A stretch of 64,000 bases of DNA from Saccharolobus islandicus REY15A (GTDB lineage Archaea > Thermoproteota > Thermoprotei_A > Sulfolobales > Sulfolobaceae), in assembly GCF_000189555.1 (NCBI RefSeq), contig NC_017276.1; one strand, 5' to 3'. A model generated the notes under the pieces. That model was not told the origin of the DNA. It ran no database searches and was given only the letters and a program-made list of their open reading frames with translations. The number at the start of each line of letters is the position of its first letter. The stretch's first letter is position 1. The position numbers and the translations under genes are program-made. Below are positions 36,794 to 47,639 of the stretch, in pieces.

Positions 36794-36918
36794 AGGAGAA
36801 CATTTCTTCTTGATTATATTCGATAATCTATGAATATAATGTTGCTCACAATAGTAGAAGACCTTATCTGAGGAATCTCTTTTAGCATAATATATTATCG
36901 ACGTTGGAAATTAATAAA

Positions 36919-38340
36919 TTAACTACCTTTCGCAACTTGCGCCCTAACCTCTTTTCCTCTAATTGCAGATAGCACTAATGCTAATGCTAATATCACTAAG
37001 GAAACGTAAAATGCAGCCTTCAACCCGGTAAGAAATGCTGAAGCAACACCACCTATTAAATTTGAAGTCCCAAGGAAAACCTCAAAGGCCACATATCTAG
37101 GAACAACAATAGATGATATGCTAATAGCTATTGTATAACTGATTATACTCCCTAAGTTGGCTAATGTTCTTGCTAGTCCAGAGGCGCCACCATAAAATCC
37201 CTTAGGTGCATTAGCCATAATTGCACTATTATTAGCCGGGAAAAACAACGAAGATCCTAAGCCTCCGATTGTAGAAGCCAATATCACAATATAAAGAGGC
37301 GTATTCAAGGAGAGAGTGAGGTAAATTAAGACAGCAATTAGCATTAAACCAACTCCTATAGTAGCAGGGATTCTAGCACCAATCTTATCAGATACTCTGC
37401 CAGTAAATGGAGCTACTATACTGGCTAAGACATAACCGGGAACGAGAAGAAGAGACGCATTAAGAGGAGATAATCCCCTTATGCCTTGTAAATACATTAT
37501 TATAATAAACGCTGTAGCTAAATAACCAGTACTTTGTAAGAAAGACGCGAGCAACGAAAACGTAAAGACCCTATTTCCCTTAAAAGCCCTTAAGTCAATT
37601 ATTGGGAACTCATGCTTTCTCTCTAACCAGAAGAATGTTAGCAAAATTACTAGACCTAGAGAAATCAAGACAATATTCAAAGTTCTAATTCCATATCCAG
37701 CAATATCGACTGCACCATAAACCATGGATGACAATGCAACTAATAGAGTGATCATTCCAACAATGTCCAATTTAACTTTCCTAGTTTCTAAGGTTTTAAT
37801 GTACCTTAAACCTAAGATAAGTGCAATAATTCCTATCGGTACGTTAATGTAAAATATGTAACGCCATCCAATAAAGGTAGTAATAAATCCGCCTAGCACT
37901 ATACCCAATGTTGCCCCAGCATTCCAACCAATTGCAGTATATCCATAAGCCCTCCCTCTTCTATTTGGAGGGAAAATATCTGCTATTATTGCCCCAGCGT
38001 TGGCTTGCATCATCGCCGCACCAATACCTTGAATTCCCCTAAATGCGACCAATGAAACCGCATTGGGAGATGCTCCACATAACGCTGAGCCTAACGTGAA
38101 GATTGCGAAACCCAAATTGTAAAATTTCGCTCTTCCATATATGTCGCCCAACCTCCCCAACTGTGTAGTGAATACTGCTATAACTAGTAAATACAAAATT
38201 ATTACCCAGATCATAATGAATAGATCTGCGTGAAGTTCTTCAGTTATCGACGGGATCGCTAAAACTACTATCGTGGTATCGATTGCTGACATCAAAGTTC
38301 CGAAGACGAGAACTAGAAGTGCTAGATTGCGTGAGTTCAT
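36919..38340 (-). CDS. MFS DHA2 (EmrB/QacA-like) efflux transporter
   Basis: GRLGDIYGR motif A, 14-TM pattern, [12 protein letters not shown]. Confidence 0.92.
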   Translation of the reverse strand: MNSRNLALLVLVFGTLMSAIDTTIVVLAIPSITEELHADLFIMIWVIILYLLVIAVFTTQLGRLGDIYGRAKFYNLGFAIFTLGSALCGASPNAVSLVAFRGIQGIGAAMMQANAGAIIADIFPPNRRGRAYGYTAIGWNAGATLGIVLGGFITTFIGWRYIFYINVPIGIIALILGLRYIKTLETRKVKLDIVGMITLLVALSSMVYGAVDIAGYGIRTLNIVLISLGLVILLTFFWLERKHEFPIIDLRAFKGNRVFTFSLLASFLQSTGYLATAFIIIMYLQGIRGLSPLNASLLLVPGYVLASIVAPFTGRVSDKIGARIPATIGVGLMLIAVLIYLTLSLNTPLYIVILASTIGGLGSSLFFPANNSAIMANAPKGFYGGASGLARTLANLGSIISYTIAISISSIVVPRYVAFEVFLGTSNLIGGVASAFLTGLKAAFYVSLVILALALVLSAIRGKEVRAQVAKGS

Positions 38341-38999
38341 AATTAATAGTTAAGACTCTAACTATTTATGTTTTTCATATTTACGTGAAACCAAATAAAA
38401 ATTATGATGAGATAATTTCATTCGTTAACGTGAGTCTAGACTCTACCTCCCTTAAGTTTTAGGGTAAAATTTAGGAAATAGAGAGTATAATAGAATATTT
38501 CTTGACTAATACTCTGTTTTAAGTATATAGAGAAATAATTTTTTGAAATTCACATTTTTACTCTCATATGTTACTATTTTTACTAGATACATAGGAAATA
38601 GCCAGAACGGGGTATTGAGCGTAGTTTCACGTTATATCGTTAATTTTAGGCACTCAAACACTTCTGGAAAAGAATTAGGTTAATTTGACGAGTTAACCTC
38701 CAGTTAACCGAACAAGTTAATACTAATACCTAAACTCCAGTGGAAATAGTGGTACTTTCGATCACACAATAAATTGAAAGTAATACCTTCCTTGCGTAAT
38801 ACACGTAAGGAAAACATAATAGACATAGCTCCTTTTCAGAAAGTCATTTTAGAGATAAAAAAGGATATTACAGAAAAATTTAAAATGAAATCTCTACTAA
38901 ATTTCTATAAATCATAAAAAGGAGATTAGCCCTAAGATCTGATATTGTCGATACGAAGGATTTCTCAAAAGATTTATTCTATCACTTTAGAAGTTACTT

Positions 39000-39428
39000 G
39001 TGATTCCACCTAAGTTTAGAGAATATGCTAAAGCCTTCTTAAATATAGCAAAAAAAGATAATATTAGGGCTAAAAGGGCCTTAGAACTAAAAGACTACCC
39101 TGAATGTTTCTTTTACTCTCAACAATCCGTCGAAAAAAGCGTGAAAGCTATGTTAGAAGTAAAATTAATATATAAGAAAGAACACGACATCATAGCGGAT
39201 GCTTCGAATAATTTACAAGATCTTGGAAACGAATTAGATGTAGTTTTGAATGCATTAGACTACCTTTCTGGTGCATGGAACATGTCTAGATATCCATTTT
39301 TTAATGGAAATAATATAACTACTCCAGAGGAATTTGTGACTGAGGAAATGTGTAGGCAAGGAATAAACTATTCTGATGAGGTGATCAGCATTGCAGAGAA
39401 TTATCTTAGAAAACATGGAGTTATTTAG
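39000..39428 (+). CDS. HEPN domain protein (pair 3)
   Basis: FFYSQQSVEKSVKA, EHD and SRYP motifs. Confidence 0.9.
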   Translation: MIPPKFREYAKAFLNIAKKDNIRAKRALELKDYPECFFYSQQSVEKSVKAMLEVKLIYKKEHDIIADASNNLQDLGNELDVVLNALDYLSGAWNMSRYPFFNGNNITTPEEFVTEEMCRQGINYSDEVISIAENYLRKHGVI

Positions 39429-39837
39429 AAAAGCCACCTTTTTGTTAAGAAGAAACGGAGTACTTGCAATAGTATTCTTTGGAAGTAGAGTTATAGGTAA
39501 ATATAAGAAGGACTCGGATTTGGATGTATTAATTATTGTAAAGGATGAAGCAAAGGAATTGAATTTTAGTGATGCTAGATTGAGATTCGTTAAAGATACA
39601 AATATTTATCTGGATACCGTTATAATGACAAAGAAGGAATTCAAAAATAATCTAACTCTAGGAACTGTTTTAATGGGAGTATCTATAGCATTTTGTGTTA
39701 CATACGATGAAATTAACGTTTACGAGGAATTAGAAAAGTGGAGCAATGAGATAAGCAAATACGGTGCAGTGCTTGAGTTACCCTATGGAAAGTTTATTGT
39801 CGGTAGAACTATTAGAAAGTGTAAAATAAGTTTCTAA
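39391..39837 (+). CDS. Minimal nucleotidyltransferase (pair 3)
   Basis: FFGSRVIG...SDLDVL motif. Confidence 0.88.
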   Translation: MQRIILENMELFRKATFLLRRNGVLAIVFFGSRVIGKYKKDSDLDVLIIVKDEAKELNFSDARLRFVKDTNIYLDTVIMTKKEFKNNLTLGTVLMGVSIAFCVTYDEINVYEELEKWSNEISKYGAVLELPYGKFIVGRTIRKCKISF

Positions 39838-40144
39838 TTAGCCGATTTTGGAGTTGCTTTCAAAGAGTCATCATCTTGTTTGATATTTAGTTATAAAATA
39901 ATATCAGATTATCTCTAATATCCTCTTTTAAATAGATCTCGTTTAAAGAAATTTTTATCCTTCGAATAGTCTATAGAATACATAACATTCAAAACAAATT
40001 ATAAGAAGTCCTCCAGAGCACGTAAAGATTCCCTTTTATTAAATCTAACACTAACGAGATTCCCGAAAGTTAGTACGACTTTATGGTGTAATAACGTATG
40101 GAATCTTTACAATTGCTTATATACATAAGAGCATTAAAAAATAT

Positions 40145-40741
40145 ATGGGAAAAGAAAAGAAAATTTTGGCATTTGACTTGTACGGTACAATTTTGGATCT
40201 ATCAGGGATTTCACAAGAAATGAGAAGGAAACAACTAGAGTATACTTGGCTATTAACCATAATGGGAAGATATGTGGATTTCGATGAGATAACCAAAATG
40301 GCAATAAGCTACATCCTAGGAGAGGATAAAATAGAGGAAGAATTGAATAAGTGGAGAAATCTAAGGGCACATCAAGATGCAATCTATTTAAAGGACATCT
40401 CCACAATATCTGATATTTACATTTTATCCAATGGTACGACTAAGGCTATAGAGGAACTTTTAAAACTTAATGGTTTGTCTAGCTATTTTAAAGGAATATT
40501 TAGCGCAGAAAGGGTAAAGGAATATAAACCCTCACCTAAGGTCTACAAATACTTCCTTGAGGCAGTTAATGGAGAGGCTTATCTGGTCTCATCAAATCCA
40601 TTTGATGTTATTGGTGCTAAGAATGGTGGAATGAAGAGCATATACGTTAATAGGAGAAATATGCCAGTTGACCCATTAGGTTATGAACCGGATATTGTGG
40701 TAAGGGATTTTAAGGAGTTATATGAATGGTTACAAAGGTGA
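40145..40741 (+). CDS. HAD-family hydrolase, haloacid dehalogenase type II-like
   Basis: FDLYGT, LSNG, YKP and SSNPFDVIGA motifs. Confidence 0.92.
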   Translation: MGKEKKILAFDLYGTILDLSGISQEMRRKQLEYTWLLTIMGRYVDFDEITKMAISYILGEDKIEEELNKWRNLRAHQDAIYLKDISTISDIYILSNGTTKAIEELLKLNGLSSYFKGIFSAERVKEYKPSPKVYKYFLEAVNGEAYLVSSNPFDVIGAKNGGMKSIYVNRRNMPVDPLGYEPDIVVRDFKELYEWLQR

Positions 40742-40752
40742 ACTACCACGCC

Positions 40753-41957
40753 CTAACGGACGTGGCTTCCTGCTTCACAGCCGAGGCTTGCCAAAGGTAG
40801 AGGTCTCAGCTCCACAGGCACTAAGGGTCGTTCCGACCCCGATCTACTCAGAATATTAAGAGAAGCATTATAATCACGATCTACAGTCCAACCGCAGGAA
40901 GGACAGACAAACACACGATCAGCCAAAGTCAAGTCCTTCTTAACGTAACCGCACCTAGCACAAATCATTGAAGTAAAAGCAGGATTAACAAAACGAATCT
41001 CCTTACCATACTTCCCAACTTGATACTCCATGATACTCCTAAACTCATGAAAAGCAACATCATGTAACCTCATCCTCAGCCTTCTGAGAGACTTACCAAC
41101 AATTTGCTTAACATGAATATCCTCCATTACGAGAACATCATAATGCTCAGCAAAATACTTCCCCAGTTTCATGTACATATCCATCCTCAGGTTCTTCAAG
41201 TACTCATAAGCCCTTGCAAGCTTAATCTTCGCCTTAAACCAGTTGTGTGACAAGAACTTCTTCCTTGAAAGAGCTTTATGAAGCCTCTTCATCTTGTTGA
41301 GTGCCTTCTCGTAAGGCCTCATGTTTGGCACGTATTCCCCGTCAGAGGTAGTGAGAAGTTTCTCTACACCAACGTCCACAGCAACAACTTTGTTTGTCTT
41401 GGGGAGTTGAGGATACTCTTGATCCACAACGAAAGTGATGTACAATCTGCCTGAAGGTGCCAGCTTGACTACTACCCTCTCCACTTTTTCCAGTTGGAAA
41501 TCCCTATGAACAACGACGTTGAAGATACCTAGGTTTGAAAGCTGAAGCGTCATTACCTTCTTCTTGTTCTTCTTGCTTTTCGTCCTTATTTCTCTCACCT
41601 TCATGACTTTCCAACCTGACTGAGGGTATACTAGTGAGTACCACTTGTGTGCTTTCTTTTCCTTGGGGAAGTGTGCTAACCCTTCGAAGAACCTCTGTCT
41701 AGCGTCGTAGAATCTGTCTGCGATCTGTTGTAGTGTTTGGGAATTAGATGTTGATATTGTTTATCCTGTTTTCTTAGATCGAGAGCTAGTTGTCTCAACT
41801 CCGTCTTAGTGAGTCCTTTTCCGTCTCTCTCATGAAAATAGATGTCTGCCCAACGTAGGGTGTTGTACACTTCACACGCTAACCTCAATTGGGCTTTTAA
41901 CGCCCTCAATGTTTGTTCGTCAGCGTAAGCTCTAAAGCGTAACCCTACGTCAGACAT
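40753..41957 (-). pseudogene. tnpB: Frameshifted TnpB RNA-guided nuclease
   Basis: N-terminal HTH ORF at 41676-41957 and RuvC/Zn-ribbon ORF at 40753-41604 (VAVDVG, VMEDI, CARCG, CPSCG, DRDYNA). Frameshift near 41750. Confidence 0.92.
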
Positions 41958-42018
41958 TAATAGAATATTTGAAAAAGAATTATTTAAATATAAGGGGGCT
42001 ATCCATCCCCTCCCTCAC

Positions 42019-43239
42019 CGGTAGACCCAAAATCATATTAGAAAAAATATTTCTGGTAGGATAATATCGAATTGATAAAAGATAAAGAAATTTATAAGAG
42101 TATAAAGAATTCAATTGAAGAAAGGGTTTAAGGTGAGGGAGATGGCGTATTACCACGTGACATAGGAAGATGGTAACACCAGGTCTCCCTCACCAAAATA
42201 ACATTCAACAAATAGGATATAAATTACTTTCCATGTTGAACTTCCAAGGGGAAAAGGTAGAGGAGGTAGCGAAAACTCTCATCTCCGCGTGTTTGTGGAA
42301 CGATTCAGTAGAGAACAAGTCCAGAGCGTATGACGTATCCCCACAGACCGTGAGGAATTACGTAGAGAAACAAGGGATGGAAGTGACTGAAAAGCTATTG
42401 GAAAGAGCTAGGAAAATATCCTTGGAGATATTAAAGGGAGTGAATGAGATAGATCTTTCAATAGACTGGACAACCAAGACATGGTACGGGAAACCAGTGA
42501 AAGGGCTCGGGAGCTCTGAAAAAGGAAACTCGTGGAACTACGCAACTGCAACAACCAAGTATAAGGGGAAAGTGCTTTTACTTGCCTTTATTCCGCAAGT
42601 GAACGGTATGACTAAGGACGAGATAGTGAAGGCTCTTGTTGAACAAGTAATGGCAATGGGATTCAAGATAAGGTTGATAACTCTTGACGCTGGTTTCTAT
42701 ACTGTTGACGTGCTCAACTTCATTTCACAGTTTAAGTACATAATTGCTGTTCCGGTTGGGGACGTGAAGGTGTACGAGGAGTTTGACGGGGATTACACAA
42801 CTAATAGTAAGAGGCATAGGAGGGATGAGCAGGTCAAGTTCAGGCTTCTCGTGTACAGCAAGGAAAAAGTGGGGAGAAAGAAGAAGAGCCTTGTTTACTT
42901 CGCTAGGGCTACTAACCTAGACCTATCCAAGAGGGAAGTGTTGGATTTGTACAATAAGGTAAGAGGTCCCATAGAGACCTCTTATAGGAACATTAAGGCT
43001 TTTCTTCCATTTACTAGTTCTACTAAGTTTGTTTTCCGCACGTTGATCTTCGTGCTGGCCCTTGTACTCTACTCCTTATATACCATATTCAAGGGGGAGG
43101 TGGGGAGAGAGGAGTTTAGATTATTATTAATTCTTTTATTTCCTGATTTATTCAATCCAGAGAATTTTACATTTAATGTAATTGAAACGCTTATTTATAC
43201 TATAGATTTATTTTTAAGGAGGTGATTTTGGGTCTACCG
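42019..43239 (+). mobile_element. ISH3-family IS, ISC1225-like (1221 bp), intact transposase 42170-43225
   Basis: TIRs CGGTAGACCCAAAATC and GATTTTGGGTCTACCG, 4-bp duplication TCAC. Transposase has SIDWT, TLDAGFY and RGPIETSYR motifs. Confidence 0.92.
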
Positions 43240-43281
43240 TCACGGAAGGGGTCTTTCACCCCCTTTGAACCCCTTGTTAAG

Positions 43282-44007
43282 ATAAAAACACTATTTTCAG
43301 ATTACTTAAACTATGGAGGATTTCCGCTAGTAGTATCTAACGATAATGAGAGAGACAAGGAGAAAATACTGTTACAATTACAATTGTATGAAGACATAAT
43401 GCTCAAAGACGTAATCAGTGAATGCAATATAAGGAATGAGGAAGAGGCTAAAAACTTAGCCTTATTTTACATCTCAAATGCAGGAAATAAGGTACGTTAT
43501 AGAAAAATCTCTTACTCTTTAAATATTCCCTTGACTAATGTTCTGAGATTCACTGAGTGCATGCAAAACGCTTATTTGATTTTCTTCGTGAAAGCCTTAA
43601 GCCCAAAGTTGAGCGAAATGGTAAGATATGATAGGAAGGTGTATAGTATCGATAATGGTATTTCTAATGTTTTAGGATATAGGCTAAATCAGAACGTTGG
43701 TAGCTTGTTTGAAAATCTAATATTCCTAGAGCTCTTGAGGAGATATGGGATTAACAATGTCTTTTATTATAAGGGGAGAAGAGGCGAAGTAGACTTAGTC
43801 GTGAAAGTAAAGGATGAAATAAGGGAAATATATCAAGTAACTTATGAGCTAAGTGATATAGAGAGGGAAATAAAAGGTATTGAGGAGTTTCTAAAGATTA
43901 GAAAGACAAAGGCTTACATTATAACTTTTGATAACGAGGGAGAGATAGAACTTAACGATAACGTGGTGAAAGTAGTTAAAGCTTGGAAATGGCTATTGAT
44001 GGAATAA
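43282..44007 (+). pseudogene. C-terminal half of an AAA_14/DUF4143-type ATPase
   Basis: YGGFP, RKVYSIDNG, LFENLIF and EVDLVV motifs; no Walker A or B. The predicted ORF start at 43222 lies inside IS sequence. Confidence 0.85.
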
Positions 44008-44793
44008 CTTCTCTAACAACACAACCCTCTTCAGATGAAGATGTAAGTCTAGGTCTGCAGTAAATCCTATTCCTCCGTGAGATTGAATTGAGTTAAGAAT
44101 CGTTTTGAAAGCTTTCTTATACGCGTGTTTAAATATTCTTATTGGATCTGTTGGATTAGCCAAATACCTAGACCTAACCAATTCTATTCCTAAAGCATCG
44201 TCAACAATCCTATGTTTTATTGCTTGGTAAGATCCAATTGGCTTACCAAATGCAATCCTATTTTTAGAATACTCAACAGTCTCCTTAAGCACGGCTGTTG
44301 CATGACCTATAATTTGAGCCGAGGCAAGTAAAATCACTTTATTAAAATCAACATCTGATTGTCTCCACTTGCCTTCATTTATCTTATAAGCTCTCACTGA
44401 AGGATCTGGTGACTCTATTTCTTCAACACTTACATCATTTTTATTTGAAATCCCCTTTGGTGTAACAATGACTTCAGCCTTATCAACTTCAGCAACATAA
44501 TTAACACCAACACTTACGGGATAATCAACCCCTAACATTGAGCTAAAAGCGATTATTCCCGGCAATAAGTTCTCACCTATAATCTCGTTTATCAACAAGG
44601 CATTTGTTAGGCTGGTTTCTTTAATAAATTGGAAGATACCTAAATCCTTAACCTTGCTGAACGTTTCCATAATTTTATCTCTACTAACCTCATGTTTCTT
44701 AGCTCCATACTTACTCCATTCTCTGACTAAGAACTCACCAAATGAGTTTTTAACCAGTTCTAAGTCCTCATTCGTCTCAACATCTAAAATCAA
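43993..44793 (-). CDS. Short acyl-CoA dehydrogenase (probable non-catalytic partner subunit)
   Basis: RIAFGKPIGSYQAIKH and QSHGGIGFT motifs with a shortened N-terminal domain. Confidence 0.85.
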   Translation of the reverse strand: MILDVETNEDLELVKNSFGEFLVREWSKYGAKKHEVSRDKIMETFSKVKDLGIFQFIKETSLTNALLINEIIGENLLPGIIAFSSMLGVDYPVSVGVNYVAEVDKAEVIVTPKGISNKNDVSVEEIESPDPSVRAYKINEGKWRQSDVDFNKVILLASAQIIGHATAVLKETVEYSKNRIAFGKPIGSYQAIKHRIVDDALGIELVRSRYLANPTDPIRIFKHAYKKAFKTILNSIQSHGGIGFTADLDLHLHLKRVVLLEKLFHQ

Positions 44794-44838
44794 TTAACCT
44801 TCACCACAATTTATGATTAAGAATAAAGGTTTAAATTA

Positions 44839-45480
44839 CTATACTAAAAAGTTAGGAGAACTAACACCGTGCGAAACGTAAACCATTGATGGATTAAATG
44901 ACTTTATCTTCTCAACGCTTTTCATTAGCTCATCAAAGTCTTCATAGATGTTAGGATATTTTAATCCTTTCTTATCACCTTGCAAAGTATCACCAACTAT
45001 TATAGCGTTCAATTCCGGCAAGTAAATTGAAACGGAATCATTAGTATGACCGGAAGTCTTAATTATTTCGACACCCTTTACGAATTCACCTTCCTCTAGA
45101 ACAAAGTCAACATTCACACCGTTGAATTTTCTAAAGAGGAAAGGTTTTCCAATTGAGAAAATAACCTTAAGCGCAGAAGAATGTAGAACTGGTTCCCTTA
45201 TTTTACCGTTCTTTAAATAATCAACACCGTTCTTATCAATTCCAAACTTAACGTCATTAACAAACCTTTTTACTTCGTAAGCCCCTCCAATATGATCTGT
45301 GTGGGAATGAGTAAATATTATGCTTTTTATCTTGTTAGGATTCTTCCCAAGACTAGTTATACCCTCGATGATCCTTCTCCCACTACCCGGAGTACCACTA
45401 TCAATTAGGATCAATCCATTCTCGTTAGTCTCTATTAAAAATACCTTAACGAAACTTAGAGGAATCTCAAAAACTTTCAT
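44839..45480 (-). CDS. Metallo-beta-lactamase-fold hydrolase
   Basis: [17 protein letters not shown] and SHG motifs. Confidence 0.92.
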   Translation of the reverse strand: MKVFEIPLSFVKVFLIETNENGLILIDSGTPGSGRRIIEGITSLGKNPNKIKSIIFTHSHTDHIGGAYEVKRFVNDVKFGIDKNGVDYLKNGKIREPVLHSSALKVIFSIGKPFLFRKFNGVNVDFVLEEGEFVKGVEIIKTSGHTNDSVSIYLPELNAIIVGDTLQGDKKGLKYPNIYEDFDELMKSVEKIKSFNPSMVYVSHGVSSPNFLV

Positions 45481-45586
45481 AAGAGATAATTAGTTAGTTA
45501 ATAGCTAATATAAATAGCGTCAGATTTTTCAGCAAGGAAAGCATTTCGAACCCTACTAATTTAATTTTTCTCTTACGTCCATTTAA

Positions 45587-45946
45587 ATGATGGCAAAGTG
45601 GTTTGAGAAGAGTGAGAGAGAAAGGGTGGTAGCACTTCTTCTTTTCAATAAAGGCTACTATCCTGAGGCATGTTTTCACAGTCATATGGCTGTTGAACTT
45701 AAATTTAAGGGACTTTTAGTTCAACAAACTGGTGCTGTACTTTATACTCACTCGTTGAAGCGCCTTTTACAAGAGCTTGAAAAAATTAAAGACATAAAAG
45801 TGAGCAATGAGATATTAGATTGTGCAAATTATCTTACGATGCTATATACAAGCTCTAGATATCCAGAAGAAAGCCTTATTGACTTGGGCAAAGAAGAGGG
45901 TGAGAAGTGTGTCAAATGCATGGAAAAATTACTCTCTCTATTCTGA
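45587..45946 (+). CDS. HEPN domain protein (pair 4)
   Basis: ACFHSHMAVELKFKG, THSL and YTSSRYPE motifs. Confidence 0.9.
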   Translation: MMAKWFEKSERERVVALLLFNKGYYPEACFHSHMAVELKFKGLLVQQTGAVLYTHSLKRLLQELEKIKDIKVSNEILDCANYLTMLYTSSRYPEESLIDLGKEEGEKCVKCMEKLLSLF

Positions 45947-45950
45947 CCTA

Positions 45951-46322
45951 ATGGAGATTTACAAGGAAGAGGAAATGGAGGCTAAGGAATACATATCATC
46001 GATTTGTAAAAAAGAATACACTGTTATCCTCTTTGGCTCTAGGGCTAGGGGTGACAACAAAGTTTACAGTGATTGGGATATCTTAGTTATAGGGAAAGAG
46101 AAACCCCCATTACCACCCTCATCAGTGGATTTACATTATGTTAACGTTGATGAAATTGAGGAGAAGATTATGGAGTTCAATACGATTTTTATTGACGCCT
46201 TTTACGAGGGTAAGCTTCTGTGCGATAATCTTTCGACGTATCAAAAAATAAGAGGGAAAGTGTTAGAGAGAATCAAGGGATATAAAAAGACCAGAGAAGG
46301 ATGGTTTAGAGAAAACGATTAG
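45951..46322 (+). CDS. Minimal nucleotidyltransferase (pair 4)
   Basis: LFGSRARGD...SDWDIL motif. The ATG at 45951, just after the HEPN stop, is a likelier start than 45822. Confidence 0.88.
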   Translation: MEIYKEEEMEAKEYISSICKKEYTVILFGSRARGDNKVYSDWDILVIGKEKPPLPPSSVDLHYVNVDEIEEKIMEFNTIFIDAFYEGKLLCDNLSTYQKIRGKVLERIKGYKKTREGWFREND

Positions 46323-46949
46323 TGTTTTGTTAGGGGGATCTCGAAATATTTAAGAACTTCAGCTTTTACCTCATTTTCTTTGGCTATTATATCCAGTTCC
46401 GTTGAAAACTTGATGTTTTTGAACCTCAGGAATTCCTTGAAGGAGAAAAGGAAAAACTTCTAATACTAAATGCCTACCAGCTAATACTTCTCTAACATTC
46501 TTGTTATTTATCGATGCCGTCGAACCAGAAATAACTACATTAGCTTCTTTTCTATCTACTAATGATCTAACAAAACCCTCCCATCCCTTGACCTTCTGAA
46601 TTTCATCTAGAAAGATGTAAGGTCTACTATCTTTTTTCTTTCTTATCTCCTTGTACAATTGGTATAATGAAAACAGATCGTTAGCAGTCCTTATGTCGCC
46701 AAAGCGGGAGTCCTCAAAGTTGACTATTAAAGTATTGAATGGATCTTCTCCCTTGTCAATCAGTTTCTTAACAATCTGATTAATAATTGTTGACTTCCCA
46801 GATCTTTTTACACCAATAACTGATATCACAAAACCCTTACCTAATAAACTTAACAATTGATTAGAATAATCTCTTTCAATATCAATAAATTGGTTCTTAT
46901 ACCAGAAATTCCAGTCTATTAAGGCCTTTAACACTAATTCCCTATGCAC
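46320..46949 (-). pseudogene. N-terminal half of an AAA_14-type ATPase, frameshifted and truncated
   Basis: GVKRSGKS, FLDEIQ and LAGR motifs. Frameshift at FPF, then FKEFL...EVLKYFE, ending before YGGFP. Confidence 0.85.
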
Positions 46950-46979
46950 TAAGAAAATTTATGGTTAAATGTAAATAAG

Positions 46980-47036
46980 TTTGATCCATACTACGAATCA
47001 ATTTTATGTAATTTTGATCCTTCATATGGATCAAAA
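46980..47036. promoter_or_regulatory. Inverted-repeat operator-like site upstream of the ATPase
   Basis: TTTTGATCC-N7-GGATCAAAA (47012-47036) plus an extra half-site TTTGATCCATA at 46980-46990. Confidence 0.45.
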
Positions 47037-47176
47037 CAAACGAGAATAAGCCAGTTATAACATAGTACATTTAAGGATAATTTTCTCTATATGTAAATCT
47101 TATTAATTATAAATGATTCGAATGTGACGAGTTATAACAAAAGCTTAACTTGTTCTTTCGTCTTTTCATTCATTCT

Positions 47177-47611
47177 TTAACTTCTCTTACTGCACAATAT
47201 TTCCATTTTTAACGTCATTACTTCCTCTCCCAATTGATTTAGCGTCCTTATTGTCAAATACACCCTACCACCCTTCTCTCTCTCCTTCTTGTCGGTAACC
47301 TCAACCACTGTCCTTAATGTATCTCCTATTTTTACCGGTTTCTTAGCATCCATCTCTAATTTAGTTAGAGCTACAAAACCCTCACCAAAAGGATCTGAAG
47401 GTAGTTGATAAGTTAAGCCGACTGCAATTGAAGCCGTCAACAAACCTGGTATTATTCTACCCTTAAATCTGGTCTTTTTACCGTACTCCTCATCTAAAAA
47501 AAGTGGATTGAGTGCACCAGTTATTCCAGTAAAAATTACAACATCTGCATCAGTTATAGTCCTTCCCTTACTCTCCCACTTTTGGCCGACTTGAAAATCT
47601 TCGAAGAACAT
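47177..47611 (-). CDS. MaoC-family (R)-specific enoyl-CoA hydratase/dehydratase
   Basis: MFFEDFQVGQ...RTITDADV..F.G.TG..NP motif. Likely start at 47611. Confidence 0.88.
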   Translation of the reverse strand: MFFEDFQVGQKWESKGRTITDADVVIFTGITGALNPLFLDEEYGKKTRFKGRIIPGLLTASIAVGLTYQLPSDPFGEGFVALTKLEMDAKKPVKIGDTLRTVVEVTDKKEREKGGRVYLTIRTLNQLGEEVMTLKMEILCSKRS

Positions 47612-47639
47612 ATTATAAGAAAAGAGAAACGCAATATAA

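Larger units (their letters stand above)
40738..43281 (-). mobile_element. IS200/IS605-family tnpB-only element (IS1341 group, ISC1316-like), interrupted by an ISC1225-type IS
   Basis: Left end CTTAACAAGGGG follows TTTAT; right end ...GGTAGTTCAC; no duplication. About 1319 bp once the nested IS and its duplication are removed. Confidence 0.88.

Noticed and set aside
38340-39000. Long AT-rich intergenic stretch as a possible hidden gene or RNA
   Set aside because: No convincing ORF, repeat or structure could be supported.
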